Below, one piece after another: positions 19,703 through 29,656 of a DNA stretch of 64,000 nucleotides; within the stretch, counting starts at the first letter, position 1, and the number at the start of each line of letters is the position of its first letter. The stretch is from a virus. Lineage: Duplodnaviria; Caudoviricetes. The translations under genes and the position numbers were made by a program. The stretch spans positions 113,648 through 177,647 of the IMG/VR virus record IMGVR_UViG_3300011008_000034; one strand, written 5' to 3'. Below the pieces are notes generated by a model. The model was not told the DNA's origin. It did no database searches and worked only from the letters and a program-made list of their open reading frames with translations.

Positions 19703-22068
19703 AATTGCCAATTTATCAGGTCAAAGATGAAATTATAGAAGCAGTAAAAAATCATAATGTTATCATTATTGAAGCGGAAACTGGAAGTGGCAAATCTACT
19801 CAGGTTCCGCAGATTTTATTGGGAGAATTAGGATTAAGTAGTATTTCTACTCAGCCACGAAGATTGGCTTGTGTATCATTATTTGATAGAGTAAAACAAG
19901 AAATTGGTGATGACAAAATTGTAGGATATAAAACCGCATTTGAAGAAGAATATGACCATAACTATAATCGTATTTTGTTTGTCACCGATGGATTATTAGT
20001 GGCCGCAGGAATCCAGTGTGATTATGATTGTATTATTATAGATGAAGTTCATGAACAATCATTAAATATAGAAACATTAATTGCCTGGTCAAAACATCAT
20101 TTAATGAATAGTGGAAAAAAGATTATTTTAATGTCTGCTACATTGAATATTGGGAAATTGGAATACTTCTTTAAAGAGTATGACCCAGTTACGGTAAAAT
20201 GTCCAAACTCTCCTTATCATGTCGATGTATTATTTAATGATAAAATCAAACATGAGTTGTTAGCAGTAGATTATGCTATTCAAGGTAAGAATGTTATGAT
20301 GTTTTTACCAGGGAAAAAAGAAATCGAAGATATGGAATATGCTATTAGAAAAAATCTTCCTTCTCAAGATAGATACGTTATTTATCAAGTTCATGGTGAC
20401 CAGACAATAGACGAACAACGTCCAATATTTGATGATATTTCTCCAAAAGTAAAAATCATATTATGTACTAATATTTGTCAAACATCTATTACAATAAGTG
20501 ATATAGATGTTGTAATAGATACAGGAAAAGCAAAAATTAGTGAAATTGAAGATGGAATGAAAGCTTTGGTTTTACAAGATATTTCTCAAAGTGATTGTTT
20601 ACAAAGAAAAGGAAGAGTAGGAAGAACCAAACCTGGAATTTACATATTAAGTAGTAAAGTTCCTTTGAAAAAAAGACCACTATATCCAGTTCCAGAAATT
20701 AAACGAATGTTTTTATCTGAAATTATTTTGAGATTAGCCAGTTATGGAATTGATATTAGTGAATTAGAATTTTTGCATCAGCCACCAAAAAAATTGATTG
20801 AATTAGCAAAACAAGAATGTATTCAATTAAACGCATTATCTGATAATCAAATAACTGATTTAGGAATGCGTATGTCATTATTACCATTAAATGTAAAAAC
20901 CGCCAAGATGTTAATCGAAGCAGAAAGTTATAATAAAGATGTATTAGATGCAGTAATGAAAGTATCAGCTATTCAACAAATTGGTGGATTAATTTATCAT
21001 GGTAAAAATGGTACTTATTACGGAAAATTCACTGATGAACATAAATCTGATTTATTAGCAGAGATGGACATCTTTGATTATATTCAAACAAATCACGTTA
21101 ATTTTAAGAATGAAGGATTAAATGAACGGAATTATATAAAAGCTGAAGAATACTATAGAAAATTAAAAAGTATGTCTTGGAATCCCGGAAATAAAAAATG
21201 TGATACAAGAAAAGCTGTAATTGAATGCATTATTAAATCTGCTGTAAAAGATGATATATTCGATTTTCGTTATTACAATATGACTTGTGATTTAAATAAA
21301 GACCGGGAAAGTTGCGTCCGTGGAAATTTGGTTATTGGAACGCCAAGAGTAATTCATTTTGAAAAGGAAGTGGAATGTAATTGGTATTCTGATAAAGAAG
21401 AAGACGATTATATAGAAGACGAAAAATCTTTACCTGAAGTATATCATGGAGAATTAAAATTAGTAGTTAATTTAACGGCTATTAGTGAAAAAGATTTGAC
21501 AAAATATTTTGGTAAATGTATCAAAGAACATATGGATTCAACGTTTAACATATTTAATGATTCATTTGATATTATGTCGTATAGTAGAATGATTCATACC
21601 AATTATATGGATATTGTGTTTGAAAAGAATCCTATTAAAACAGCTACTAAAAATAGTAAGTTATATCAATTAGCATATCAAACAGCATATAATCATGATG
21701 TTAAAAAATTAGGAAAAGATTTTTTAAAGAAAAGAAAAATTTCTATATATGGAAAAGAATTCTTTATTCATCATTTATATGTTATGAATAAGAATCGTCC
21801 ATTGAAAAAAACATTTTCTAAAGTATTGGATATGAGATTAAAAGTAAAAGATATTCAATTTTTAACGTCTTTGGATAAGAAAAGATTTTTACATATTCCT
21901 CCCACAATAAAAGATAAGATATTTCCTGTAATAGTATTACACAACGATGATTTGACTGATGATTTTATTAAACAAGCAAAATTATACGAACAGATTTTAA
22001 TTGATGATGAGCCTTTGGTATTTGTAAAAGGAAATTGTTATAGTAGAGATTTAAAGAATTTTATATGA
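19699..22068 (+). CDS. HrpA/HrpB-like DEAH-box (RHA family) helicase
   Basis: LPIY, AETGSGKSTQVPQ, TQPRRLA, TDGLL, DEVHE, MSAT, FLPG, TNICQTSITI, QRKGRVGRT, PEI and HA2-like ITDLG.RMSLLPL. Confidence 0.9.
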   Translation: MKLPIYQVKDEIIEAVKNHNVIIIEAETGSGKSTQVPQILLGELGLSSISTQPRRLACVSLFDRVKQEIGDDKIVGYKTAFEEEYDHNYNRILFVTDGLLVAAGIQCDYDCIIIDEVHEQSLNIETLIAWSKHHLMNSGKKIILMSATLNIGKLEYFFKEYDPVTVKCPNSPYHVDVLFNDKIKHELLAVDYAIQGKNVMMFLPGKKEIEDMEYAIRKNLPSQDRYVIYQVHGDQTIDEQRPIFDDISPKVKIILCTNICQTSITISDIDVVIDTGKAKISEIEDGMKALVLQDISQSDCLQRKGRVGRTKPGIYILSSKVPLKKRPLYPVPEIKRMFLSEIILRLASYGIDISELEFLHQPPKKLIELAKQECIQLNALSDNQITDLGMRMSLLPLNVKTAKMLIEAESYNKDVLDAVMKVSAIQQIGGLIYHGKNGTYYGKFTDEHKSDLLAEMDIFDYIQTNHVNFKNEGLNERNYIKAEEYYRKLKSMSWNPGNKKCDTRKAVIECIIKSAVKDDIFDFRYYNMTCDLNKDRESCVRGNLVIGTPRVIHFEKEVECNWYSDKEEDDYIEDEKSLPEVYHGELKLVVNLTAISEKDLTKYFGKCIKEHMDSTFNIFNDSFDIMSYSRMIHTNYMDIVFEKNPIKTATKNSKLYQLAYQTAYNHDVKKLGKDFLKKRKISIYGKEFFIHHLYVMNKNRPLKKTFSKVLDMRLKVKDIQFLTSLDKKRFLHIPPTIKDKIFPVIVLHNDDLTDDFIKQAKLYEQILIDDEPLVFVKGNCYSRDLKNFI

Positions 22069-22069
22069 T

Positions 22070-22099
22070 AAAAAGGACAGATTAGTTTCTGTCCTTTTT
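22070..22099. terminator. Bidirectional intrinsic terminator between convergent genes
   Basis: AAAAAGGACAGA-6nt-TCTGTCCTTTTT. Confidence 0.85.
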
Positions 22100-22112
22100 A
22101 ATGAATAAAATC

Positions 22113-23327
22113 TTATTGGATTATTCCGTTTTCATCAAAAATAGCAAATATATTTTCCGAATCATGAATGCATAATGAATCAACATTAATGTATATTAAA
22201 TCGTAATTTTTTAAACATTCATAACAAAAATCAAATAAAGATAAAAGTTCTTTATCTTCAAATATGATATCATATGTTGTTACATAACGAATAATCTTAT
22301 ATCCTTGTTTAATGATTGATTGATTTCGTTTTTCTTCATAATTAGTTGTATCAAAATTTTTATAATACAAGTGTCCTCCACCATCATATTCAATGTCATA
22401 TTTTTGATTATTTTTCTCTATTACCATATCTAAAAGATAACGTTTTGCTATAATGTGTTGTTCTGCGTTTAAAATTTGTGCTAATAAATCTTGTTCTTTT
22501 GATGATTGACACGTGCCGTTTTCTTTTTTACCAATAAGCATTTTTTCCATAATTTTATCATTTTGATACATATACTCAACACCATAACGTTCAAATGTAG
22601 TTGCTTTTATTTTTTCAAGTATTTCCGGATGTTCTTGATATGCTTTTTTATGACTTTCAGAACTTTTTTTCTTTATTTCAGGATTTTTACTAACATTATC
22701 ATATTGGTATTTTTCTATACATGTTTTCTTTCGTTTTTCTTGAATTTGTTCTTTTTTCTCAGAAGAAAAATTTTGTATTGTTTGTTTTTGTTTTTCTTTT
22801 GCTCCAGGAACTTCCATTGGATTAGTTGTATTATATCTTTCTAGCATAGTGTTGTTAAATTTGTTTTTTACATTAGGATTTTGCCATGGATAGTCACATC
22901 CATATCTTTCTCTACTAGTAGCTTTTAATTTTTCTTGTAGCTGTTGATATCCTTCAGGATTTATCTCTTTATCATAATGATTTTTATATGTATTTAACGC
23001 TTTTTCTTTAAATTGTGAACATTGCATTGGTTTTTCGCATCCGTATTTTTTTAAATTTGTTATTTTTGATAGCTTATTTCCACATTTTCTTCCACAAGAA
23101 AATGGTAAATTATTTTTTACACGGTAAGCTATTCTTCCAAATGGAACTGAAAATTCTCTATAACATACATCACATTTACAATCAACAATTGCAGTACAAC
23201 AATCACTTAAATCCTCAATTTTTACAGGAAATTTATCGTTAAACTTTGTAAATATATATCCTTTTGATTCATAATATTTTTTATTTACTCCATTCCATGT
23301 TACCGTAGCAAATTTACTTAATAGCAT
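22113..23327 (-). CDS. Free-standing homing-type endonuclease (Zn-ribbon, K/R-YG repeats, Vsr/DUF559-like domain)
   Basis: Start MLLSKF after GGGGTG SD; KYYESKGY, CKCDVC; repeats KYGCEKPMQ/RYGCDYPWQ/RYGVEYMYQ; LLDMV...DIEYDGGGH...RNQSIIKQGYKIIR. Confidence 0.7.
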   Translation of the reverse strand: MLLSKFATVTWNGVNKKYYESKGYIFTKFNDKFPVKIEDLSDCCTAIVDCKCDVCYREFSVPFGRIAYRVKNNLPFSCGRKCGNKLSKITNLKKYGCEKPMQCSQFKEKALNTYKNHYDKEINPEGYQQLQEKLKATSRERYGCDYPWQNPNVKNKFNNTMLERYNTTNPMEVPGAKEKQKQTIQNFSSEKKEQIQEKRKKTCIEKYQYDNVSKNPEIKKKSSESHKKAYQEHPEILEKIKATTFERYGVEYMYQNDKIMEKMLIGKKENGTCQSSKEQDLLAQILNAEQHIIAKRYLLDMVIEKNNQKYDIEYDGGGHLYYKNFDTTNYEEKRNQSIIKQGYKIIRYVTTYDIIFEDKELLSLFDFCYECLKNYDLIYINVDSLCIHDSENIFAIFDENGIIQ

Positions 23328-23342
23328 TTTATCACCCCATAA

Positions 23343-23375
23343 AAAATAATGGTAAAAATTCTTTACCATTATTTT
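23343..23375 (-). terminator. Probable terminator of the baseplate operon
   Basis: AAAATAATGGTAAA-5nt-TTTACCATTATTTT. Confidence 0.6.
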
Positions 23376-23386
23376 ATAAAAATTAT

Positions 23387-23992
23387 TTAGAATGTTAATC
23401 TCCAAATTATAGAAATCCTATGGTTGTTTGTCTTAGATATACATTCGAAACTTTTCATATTGAACATGATACCTGATCCTTTTTCACTAGTAGCGTTTCC
23501 CCCGAATAATGCTACTTCATTTAATGGGGCATTCGCTTCGTCTTCAGTTAGTGTAGTACTAATTTGAAGAATATTTGTAGCTACATCAGATATTGACCCA
23601 TCAGGATTTAAGAAATTCCAAGAAGTAAATTGTTTTCTAAAAATTTCATTGGTTAATTGTGTTCTATCTAATGTTGGTTCTGGAGGATTTAAAATATCAT
23701 ATGCATCTCTATCTACAGGATTTGTTTCTTTATCATATTCTCTAGTAGAGTCTGTTAATATTCCTGTTCCTACGGCTAGGTATTGAAGTCCATGGTCAAA
23801 ATAATCTCCTTCAAAACTTTCTTCTTCACCACCTGTAATAGCGCCGGGAGCCATTCGACCAGCCATTAACGTACTTGCTGCAGAAACAATGAGGTTATGG
23901 TCTTCTATTTCTCGTACGACTTTATCTTTTTCATACATTGTGATTTTTATCTCACCATGAGGTTTTTTATATTTTTTTTCAATTAAAATCAA
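23387..23992 (-). CDS. Tail-collar/fibre-attachment baseplate protein
   Basis: HNLIV...YLAVGTG...LTNEIFRK...EANAPLNEVALFGG...KT...IIWRLTF, the pattern of myophage fibre N-terminal/collar domains. Confidence 0.7.
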   Translation of the reverse strand: MILIEKKYKKPHGEIKITMYEKDKVVREIEDHNLIVSAASTLMAGRMAPGAITGGEEESFEGDYFDHGLQYLAVGTGILTDSTREYDKETNPVDRDAYDILNPPEPTLDRTQLTNEIFRKQFTSWNFLNPDGSISDVATNILQISTTLTEDEANAPLNEVALFGGNATSEKGSGIMFNMKSFECISKTNNHRISIIWRLTF

Positions 23993-24005
23993 AATGATTC
24001 ACTCC

Positions 24006-25982
24006 TTAATCTATATCAATCTTATTCATGGGAATAGTTTTACGTACTGGTGTTACATCATATAAATCATGATGAGGTACTTCGCAGAATACTAAGCAAT
24101 TAATAAATAATTCAGTATCTATACTGCCAGATTGATATACAGTAAATTTATTTTCTTCTTCAGTATCAACAAATGTTTCACCAATTTGTCCAGTTTCATC
24201 TATTTCACCAGAGGAAATTAACCATGGCGTACTTAAACATACACTATAATTTTCCCCAAATGATAGTGATTCTTTTGTAATGCCTTCAGGACCATTTAAA
24301 TTTAATGAAAACATTTCAAGATTACGAATTGTACTATCTGAAATATCAATTAATACCCAAGTAAATTCATTGTCAGTGGTAGAAACAGTTTCACCAGTAT
24401 CATCAGTTGTTAAACCAGTATTGAATACTGTAAATGATGTTTGATTTAATCTGATATAAATATCGCCATTACGTCCATTAGTATCTTCATTTGGAATAAT
24501 AGAAATAAAATGTATATCGTTATTTATGTCAAATCCGACATCAATTTCAGTTCCATCTGTACCATTAAATACATCTGTGCCAGACATAACATATTTATCA
24601 TTTGCATTAAAAGTAGCAAAATTCATTTGTAAGTCTTTAGCACCAGTATTATTAAAGATGAAATATTTTTTACCTTTAGTGATAAAATAATCGCCAAGTT
24701 CACCCTTTTCATCATAATTATATTCATACAATGTCGGGATTACTACATAATCTTCTTCTTCAAATTGATTTCCGACATAGTATTTATTTTTACGATAAAT
24801 AATTAATGAATCATCATCATGAGGGATTAAATACCCACCAGACGTAATACCATTTTGACGATAGCAATCTATTCCATAAATTTTTTTATCATATATAGAA
24901 GGAATTGAATATCCAAGATTATGTAAAATTGTATCACATGCTTTTAAATCAATAGATAAGTGATTGATTTTATTTTTTAGCATGGTTTGATATTTATAAG
25001 CATCTTCTAATTTAGCATAAATTTTATTATATTGTGCTTCGCCTAATGCTGATAAATGTCGTAAATCTACAATTTGGTCTTCATAAATAATATTAGAAAA
25101 TTTATTATCCGGACGGTCAGATATTGAAGATTCATTGATATAATCAATTCCACCATATGGATTCATTTCAGCAGAATATCCAGAATTATTTAATCGTCTA
25201 ATAGTAAATAATGGAATTGCATAAATATACCCGTCAACCGTTGGGATTCTAGAAGTATTTCCTTCACCAGCAATATATAATCCTTCATCAGTTGTTGAGG
25301 GAATGAAATAATAATCTGTATAATATAAACCATTTAATCCTGTCGGATGAATTCTAGGATTAGGATTATTATCATCATCAATAAATCCCGTATTTGTCTT
25401 GTCTTCATAATCTTCGTAAACATTTATTCTCCATTGGAATTGTAATCTTCTACTCGTTTCAATTCCGCATCTGTCATCAATAATAGAATAAGCAAGAACA
25501 TCATTATCTTCATATCCATAACAATGTACTTGGTCATTTTGCTTTAATTCTTTAATCCAACATTGTAAGAATATAAAATCATTTCTTGTTCCAGCAACCG
25601 GAGGATTAGAAAGACGTACATCAATATTTTTTTCTACATTGTCTTCTATATATTTTACATTAATAATATCTCCATTTACTACACATTTAAATGGGGGAAA
25701 TGTAACTGTATTTGGTTTTCCTAATATAGGAAGAAAACATTTACTACAATTATGAATATTGTTTTCATCGTCTAATTCCGGATTTTCTGTAATAACTCCA
25801 GAATTGGTGATTTCTCGAATTAAATTAGATGTTTGTTCTGAATTAATAAACTGCATTTCATTTAATTCTTGTTCTGTTACGTATGCATCAGAGCCAATAT
25901 TTAAAGACTTAAAACTGGCTTTTTGATTATATTTTCCTTTATATGGATATGTAAAAGTGGGATTTGAGTCTATCAGGGACAT
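24006..25982 (-). CDS. Baseplate/tail-fibre-associated virion protein
   Basis: EQELNEMQ, ETSRR, YAIPLFTIRR, RPD and IVDLR motifs shared with 6532-10161; baseplate operon context. Confidence 0.65.
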   Translation of the reverse strand: MSLIDSNPTFTYPYKGKYNQKASFKSLNIGSDAYVTEQELNEMQFINSEQTSNLIREITNSGVITENPELDDENNIHNCSKCFLPILGKPNTVTFPPFKCVVNGDIINVKYIEDNVEKNIDVRLSNPPVAGTRNDFIFLQCWIKELKQNDQVHCYGYEDNDVLAYSIIDDRCGIETSRRLQFQWRINVYEDYEDKTNTGFIDDDNNPNPRIHPTGLNGLYYTDYYFIPSTTDEGLYIAGEGNTSRIPTVDGYIYAIPLFTIRRLNNSGYSAEMNPYGGIDYINESSISDRPDNKFSNIIYEDQIVDLRHLSALGEAQYNKIYAKLEDAYKYQTMLKNKINHLSIDLKACDTILHNLGYSIPSIYDKKIYGIDCYRQNGITSGGYLIPHDDDSLIIYRKNKYYVGNQFEEEDYVVIPTLYEYNYDEKGELGDYFITKGKKYFIFNNTGAKDLQMNFATFNANDKYVMSGTDVFNGTDGTEIDVGFDINNDIHFISIIPNEDTNGRNGDIYIRLNQTSFTVFNTGLTTDDTGETVSTTDNEFTWVLIDISDSTIRNLEMFSLNLNGPEGITKESLSFGENYSVCLSTPWLISSGEIDETGQIGETFVDTEEENKFTVYQSGSIDTELFINCLVFCEVPHHDLYDVTPVRKTIPMNKIDID

Positions 25983-25996
25983 CCTATCACGCTCCT

Positions 25997-26650
25997 TTAT
26001 GATTTGATTAAAATTTGATAATCATAAATTGTGTTTTCTTCATTTGTTTGATTTTTAAATTTAATATATAAAGGAGCTTTTTTATTCTTAAAAGTATCTC
26101 CTTTTTTATAATTTTTATTATCATAGCTATACAATACTGATATTGGTTTATCACTATGCACTTGTACTGAAATTGTTTTTCCTTCTAATTTTAAGGGAAG
26201 TAATGAAATAATTCCATTACGTTGTAATTTAATGGTATTTACTCCTGCATCGCAATTATCACTTTCATTAATATCCATGTATTTATTTAAATTAAATTCA
26301 TATAATCTGGCGTCATCATAGCCTTGATTAATATAAATTTGTTTCTTGCAAATCATGACATCATATAATGAAAAATATTTAGGATAATGTGCAAAATCAA
26401 CTATATTAAATGAAGTATTTTTTTGTGTTAATTTCTTTCCAATTTTATTGGTTGAAATAACATGATTTTTATCAATATATAATTGACGGCCTTGTTCATC
26501 TAAAATATCAGAAATTGTTTCTTTTTCTACAATTTTCTTTAGCTCATTTAAATCATTTACATATACGCCTACAGTAAATGGCTTTATATAATTTGAACAG
26601 CCGATAGATTTTGAATTAATATCCATATCTTTCGAAAATAGTATATACAT
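25997..26650 (-). CDS. Hypothetical virion protein
   Basis: 217-aa ORF coupled within the baseplate operon. Confidence 0.65.
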   Translation of the reverse strand: MYILFSKDMDINSKSIGCSNYIKPFTVGVYVNDLNELKKIVEKETISDILDEQGRQLYIDKNHVISTNKIGKKLTQKNTSFNIVDFAHYPKYFSLYDVMICKKQIYINQGYDDARLYEFNLNKYMDINESDNCDAGVNTIKLQRNGIISLLPLKLEGKTISVQVHSDKPISVLYSYDNKNYKKGDTFKNKKAPLYIKFKNQTNEENTIYDYQILIKS

Positions 26651-29640
26651 TAAAAATCCTCCTCATTAACGAGTACTTCAACACCGTCAATTATTTCATA
26701 TACTTTTATTGAACAAGCATCATGCATTTTTATAGGAAAACAAGTAGTTGATTGATTTGTAATAGAATGGTTTGTAATAAGCATACTTGGTTTTTCCACA
26801 AAATTATATGGTGCTTCTATAATTGGCATAGATTGAGATATAAGATTAAATTCTTCTGGTTTTGGAAATTGTTCTTGATGAATAATATCCAAAGATGTTT
26901 TTGATTCAATTTTTGGTTTAGGGAATTGTTCTTTTAAAATAAAATCTGTATTTATTTCTAATACATCATCCATTTTCTCAACAAATCCGGTTTTATAGGA
27001 ATTTGTCTTTAATCCCGTTTTTAAGACTTTATCTAATTTTATTCTATAAGGAAGTTCAGAAAAAGATAATTGTGAATTGAATAAATAATCATCTGATTTA
27101 GGTTCATAATTATCTTGATGATATAATTCTACAGTTAAAAGTAATTCATCTAATGGTTTGGGTACATCATCACTTAATGTCATAGATAATTCAAATGTAC
27201 AATCATCAGACAACATATATTTAAATCCAGTTACAAAATTATTTGTAGTTAAGCCTGTTCTTAATACTCTATCTTTATAATTCCGATATCCAAAACGTTG
27301 TTCAATTAATAGCATTTCTATATTTAATAAATCAAATTCTTCAGGCGTTTTTTCATATACTTCATTATAATTGGCATATACATCAAATTCATCTAATTCA
27401 TGAGGAGTTTGATAATATTCTTTATGATTAATTACAGAAATATAATTATCTCTATCATGCAAAGTATATTTAGGCCCTAAAACATATGCAGAATTTAAGT
27501 TGTGAACATTTGGATGAAATACTAGAGGATATTGTAATGACTTCCAGCCATATTGGTTTGATTCTTCAAAATCATATACTATAACTTCATTTTTATCAGA
27601 ATTTTTCCATTCTTCACCATGAATGGTTTCATATTGTGATTGATAATCTTCTTCACCAACATATGAAATAATAATGATGGGAATTGTATGAGCTGGTTTT
27701 GTAATATCTATAACTAAATGAATGTCTTTAATTAATAAATCTAAATCCCCACTAGCATCAAAACTTTTTTCGACATCTACATAAAACCGGTACTGATTTT
27801 CAAAACTCATATCTTCAGTCATGCCATATCGTTCATAATCTTTATACATTTCATAAATATGGACCGTAAATCCTGTACATGTCATTAAAGCTTTTTCTAT
27901 ACTTGGTTTGGTTGCGCCGTGGAGCAATGATTCTATAATTGCAGATACTACAGAACGATATTTTTCTTCATCCCAGTCTCTGCGCTGTTCAACTTGAATC
28001 ATACATCCGAAGTTATTATAAATCATATCTCCATGGGCGGTTTTTAAGTAATAATTATCTTCTAATATGGTTCGTTCGTATTCTAAATCACCTAATTCCA
28101 TAGCTAATGCACGTAAGAATTTAGGATAATTTAATCCATCATATGTTTCTTTAGGATAATCATTAGGAACGTCATCCAATAAAACTCGTGCATAATTTCG
28201 ATAAATTTGCATTCGTTTTTCTGCTTCTGCATAAACACTGTCATCTACTTTCGCATCTAAAGATACTTCTTCTTCTACAAAAATAAAATCATAAGTCTTA
28301 AAGACAATATCTAATGGATTTAATAACATTCCATTAGTTTTATCAGGCAAATAATAATATCTATTTGCTGCAGGCTTTAATGTTACTTTAGTATAAACAG
28401 GATTTTTTACTAATACTTGACGTTCTTTTGTTGGAAAAATAATCGTACCTAATAATGATTTATCACTATTCATTAACATAATGCTGGTGACATCATCACT
28501 AATAACATATGGACGTTTATTTGCTAAATGATAGGTGTTATCTGCTAATTGAGTATATTGCTCTATTTTATTTAATATGAAATTAAATTGGTCATAAGCA
28601 GGTTTTTTAGTATTCCCTAAAAAATAGTAAAGTAAGCCATAACAATTTTTTTCTAAATCAGAATCTTCATTATAAAATTCATCTACTAGTTGTGTCTTAA
28701 AAGGAATAACATCACATGAATAAGCATTAATGATTTCTCTTAAATCTCTAAATGCTTGAGTCTGTAAATCTGAAAAATTACCTTGTTCAGCTTGATGTCC
28801 TTGATATGTAGAATAATAAATAAATTGTTTAGATAAATTATTTCGTCTTAATTGAGTATTGATTCCATCTTTTAAATTTTTTATGATTTCAGGATATGAT
28901 TCATATTTTAAGTCTTCAAAATCTTGTCTTCCTTGAAAAGCAAAAAAATCAATATAAGATAAAAATCCTGCAGGTTCGTCTACATCAGTATATTGATTCG
29001 TTCCATAATATTCTCCAATTGCTTCAGCTAACCAGCCTAAATGATAAGTATCATTATCTGGAGTTTGATATGCAGACTTTACATAATTAGCAATTCCATG
29101 ACTACATCCTGGACCACCAATTTGTATGTCTGGATATTTAATAGAAATAACTTCTTTAACATATTTTAAAATTTTGACATATAAATGTGCTGGACATTTT
29201 ATTTTTCCCGCAGAATCTAAACTATCTGGTTCTGTACAAATTTGCCAGTATTTTACCCAAGAATAATTATTAATAATGTTTGCTGTAAATTGAGCATATG
29301 CCATATAATTTTGTTGAGTAACTACTGTGGGAAAATCTATTTCTAAAAATAGATTTAATTTATAGTGTTGACATAAGTCTTTATATGTTTTTAATCTTTC
29401 AACAAAAGGCCATAATTCGCCATTAATTCCTGAATTAGCAATATATAATTGATTATAATTATCTTTAGCAATGGGAATACTGTCAATGACTTCAGTAAAA
29501 TTTAATTTTGATATATAAAGGAATAAATCTTCTAATTTTTGTTGTACTGCTTCTACTCCAGATAAGTCTTTATAATTCCAAACTTCTCCTAATAATGAAT
29601 CACCATTTTTTAAAGCAGTCAGTCTTACGCCAGTTCTCAA
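26650..29640 (-). CDS. Baseplate wedge protein (P2 gpI/DUF2313-like) fused to an N-terminal glycoside-hydrolase-like barrel
   Basis: Follows the baseplate J gene; YLKTAHG..NNFG...EKYR...LLHGAT...KPAHT wedge motifs; N-terminal YWQICTEPD, IQIGGPG, IDFFAF, YGLL...KKPAY. Confidence 0.65.
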   Translation of the reverse strand: MRTGVRLTALKNGDSLLGEVWNYKDLSGVEAVQQKLEDLFLYISKLNFTEVIDSIPIAKDNYNQLYIANSGINGELWPFVERLKTYKDLCQHYKLNLFLEIDFPTVVTQQNYMAYAQFTANIINNYSWVKYWQICTEPDSLDSAGKIKCPAHLYVKILKYVKEVISIKYPDIQIGGPGCSHGIANYVKSAYQTPDNDTYHLGWLAEAIGEYYGTNQYTDVDEPAGFLSYIDFFAFQGRQDFEDLKYESYPEIIKNLKDGINTQLRRNNLSKQFIYYSTYQGHQAEQGNFSDLQTQAFRDLREIINAYSCDVIPFKTQLVDEFYNEDSDLEKNCYGLLYYFLGNTKKPAYDQFNFILNKIEQYTQLADNTYHLANKRPYVISDDVTSIMLMNSDKSLLGTIIFPTKERQVLVKNPVYTKVTLKPAANRYYYLPDKTNGMLLNPLDIVFKTYDFIFVEEEVSLDAKVDDSVYAEAEKRMQIYRNYARVLLDDVPNDYPKETYDGLNYPKFLRALAMELGDLEYERTILEDNYYLKTAHGDMIYNNFGCMIQVEQRRDWDEEKYRSVVSAIIESLLHGATKPSIEKALMTCTGFTVHIYEMYKDYERYGMTEDMSFENQYRFYVDVEKSFDASGDLDLLIKDIHLVIDITKPAHTIPIIIISYVGEEDYQSQYETIHGEEWKNSDKNEVIVYDFEESNQYGWKSLQYPLVFHPNVHNLNSAYVLGPKYTLHDRDNYISVINHKEYYQTPHELDEFDVYANYNEVYEKTPEEFDLLNIEMLLIEQRFGYRNYKDRVLRTGLTTNNFVTGFKYMLSDDCTFELSMTLSDDVPKPLDELLLTVELYHQDNYEPKSDDYLFNSQLSFSELPYRIKLDKVLKTGLKTNSYKTGFVEKMDDVLEINTDFILKEQFPKPKIESKTSLDIIHQEQFPKPEEFNLISQSMPIIEAPYNFVEKPSMLITNHSITNQSTTCFPIKMHDACSIKVYEIIDGVEVLVNEEDF

Positions 29641-29656
29641 AAGATTTCACCTTCCT

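Noticed and set aside
23328-23405. N-terminal extension of the 430-aa ORF
   Set aside because: It overlaps the upstream gene and a terminator hairpin; the SD and the paralogue alignment support the start at 23327
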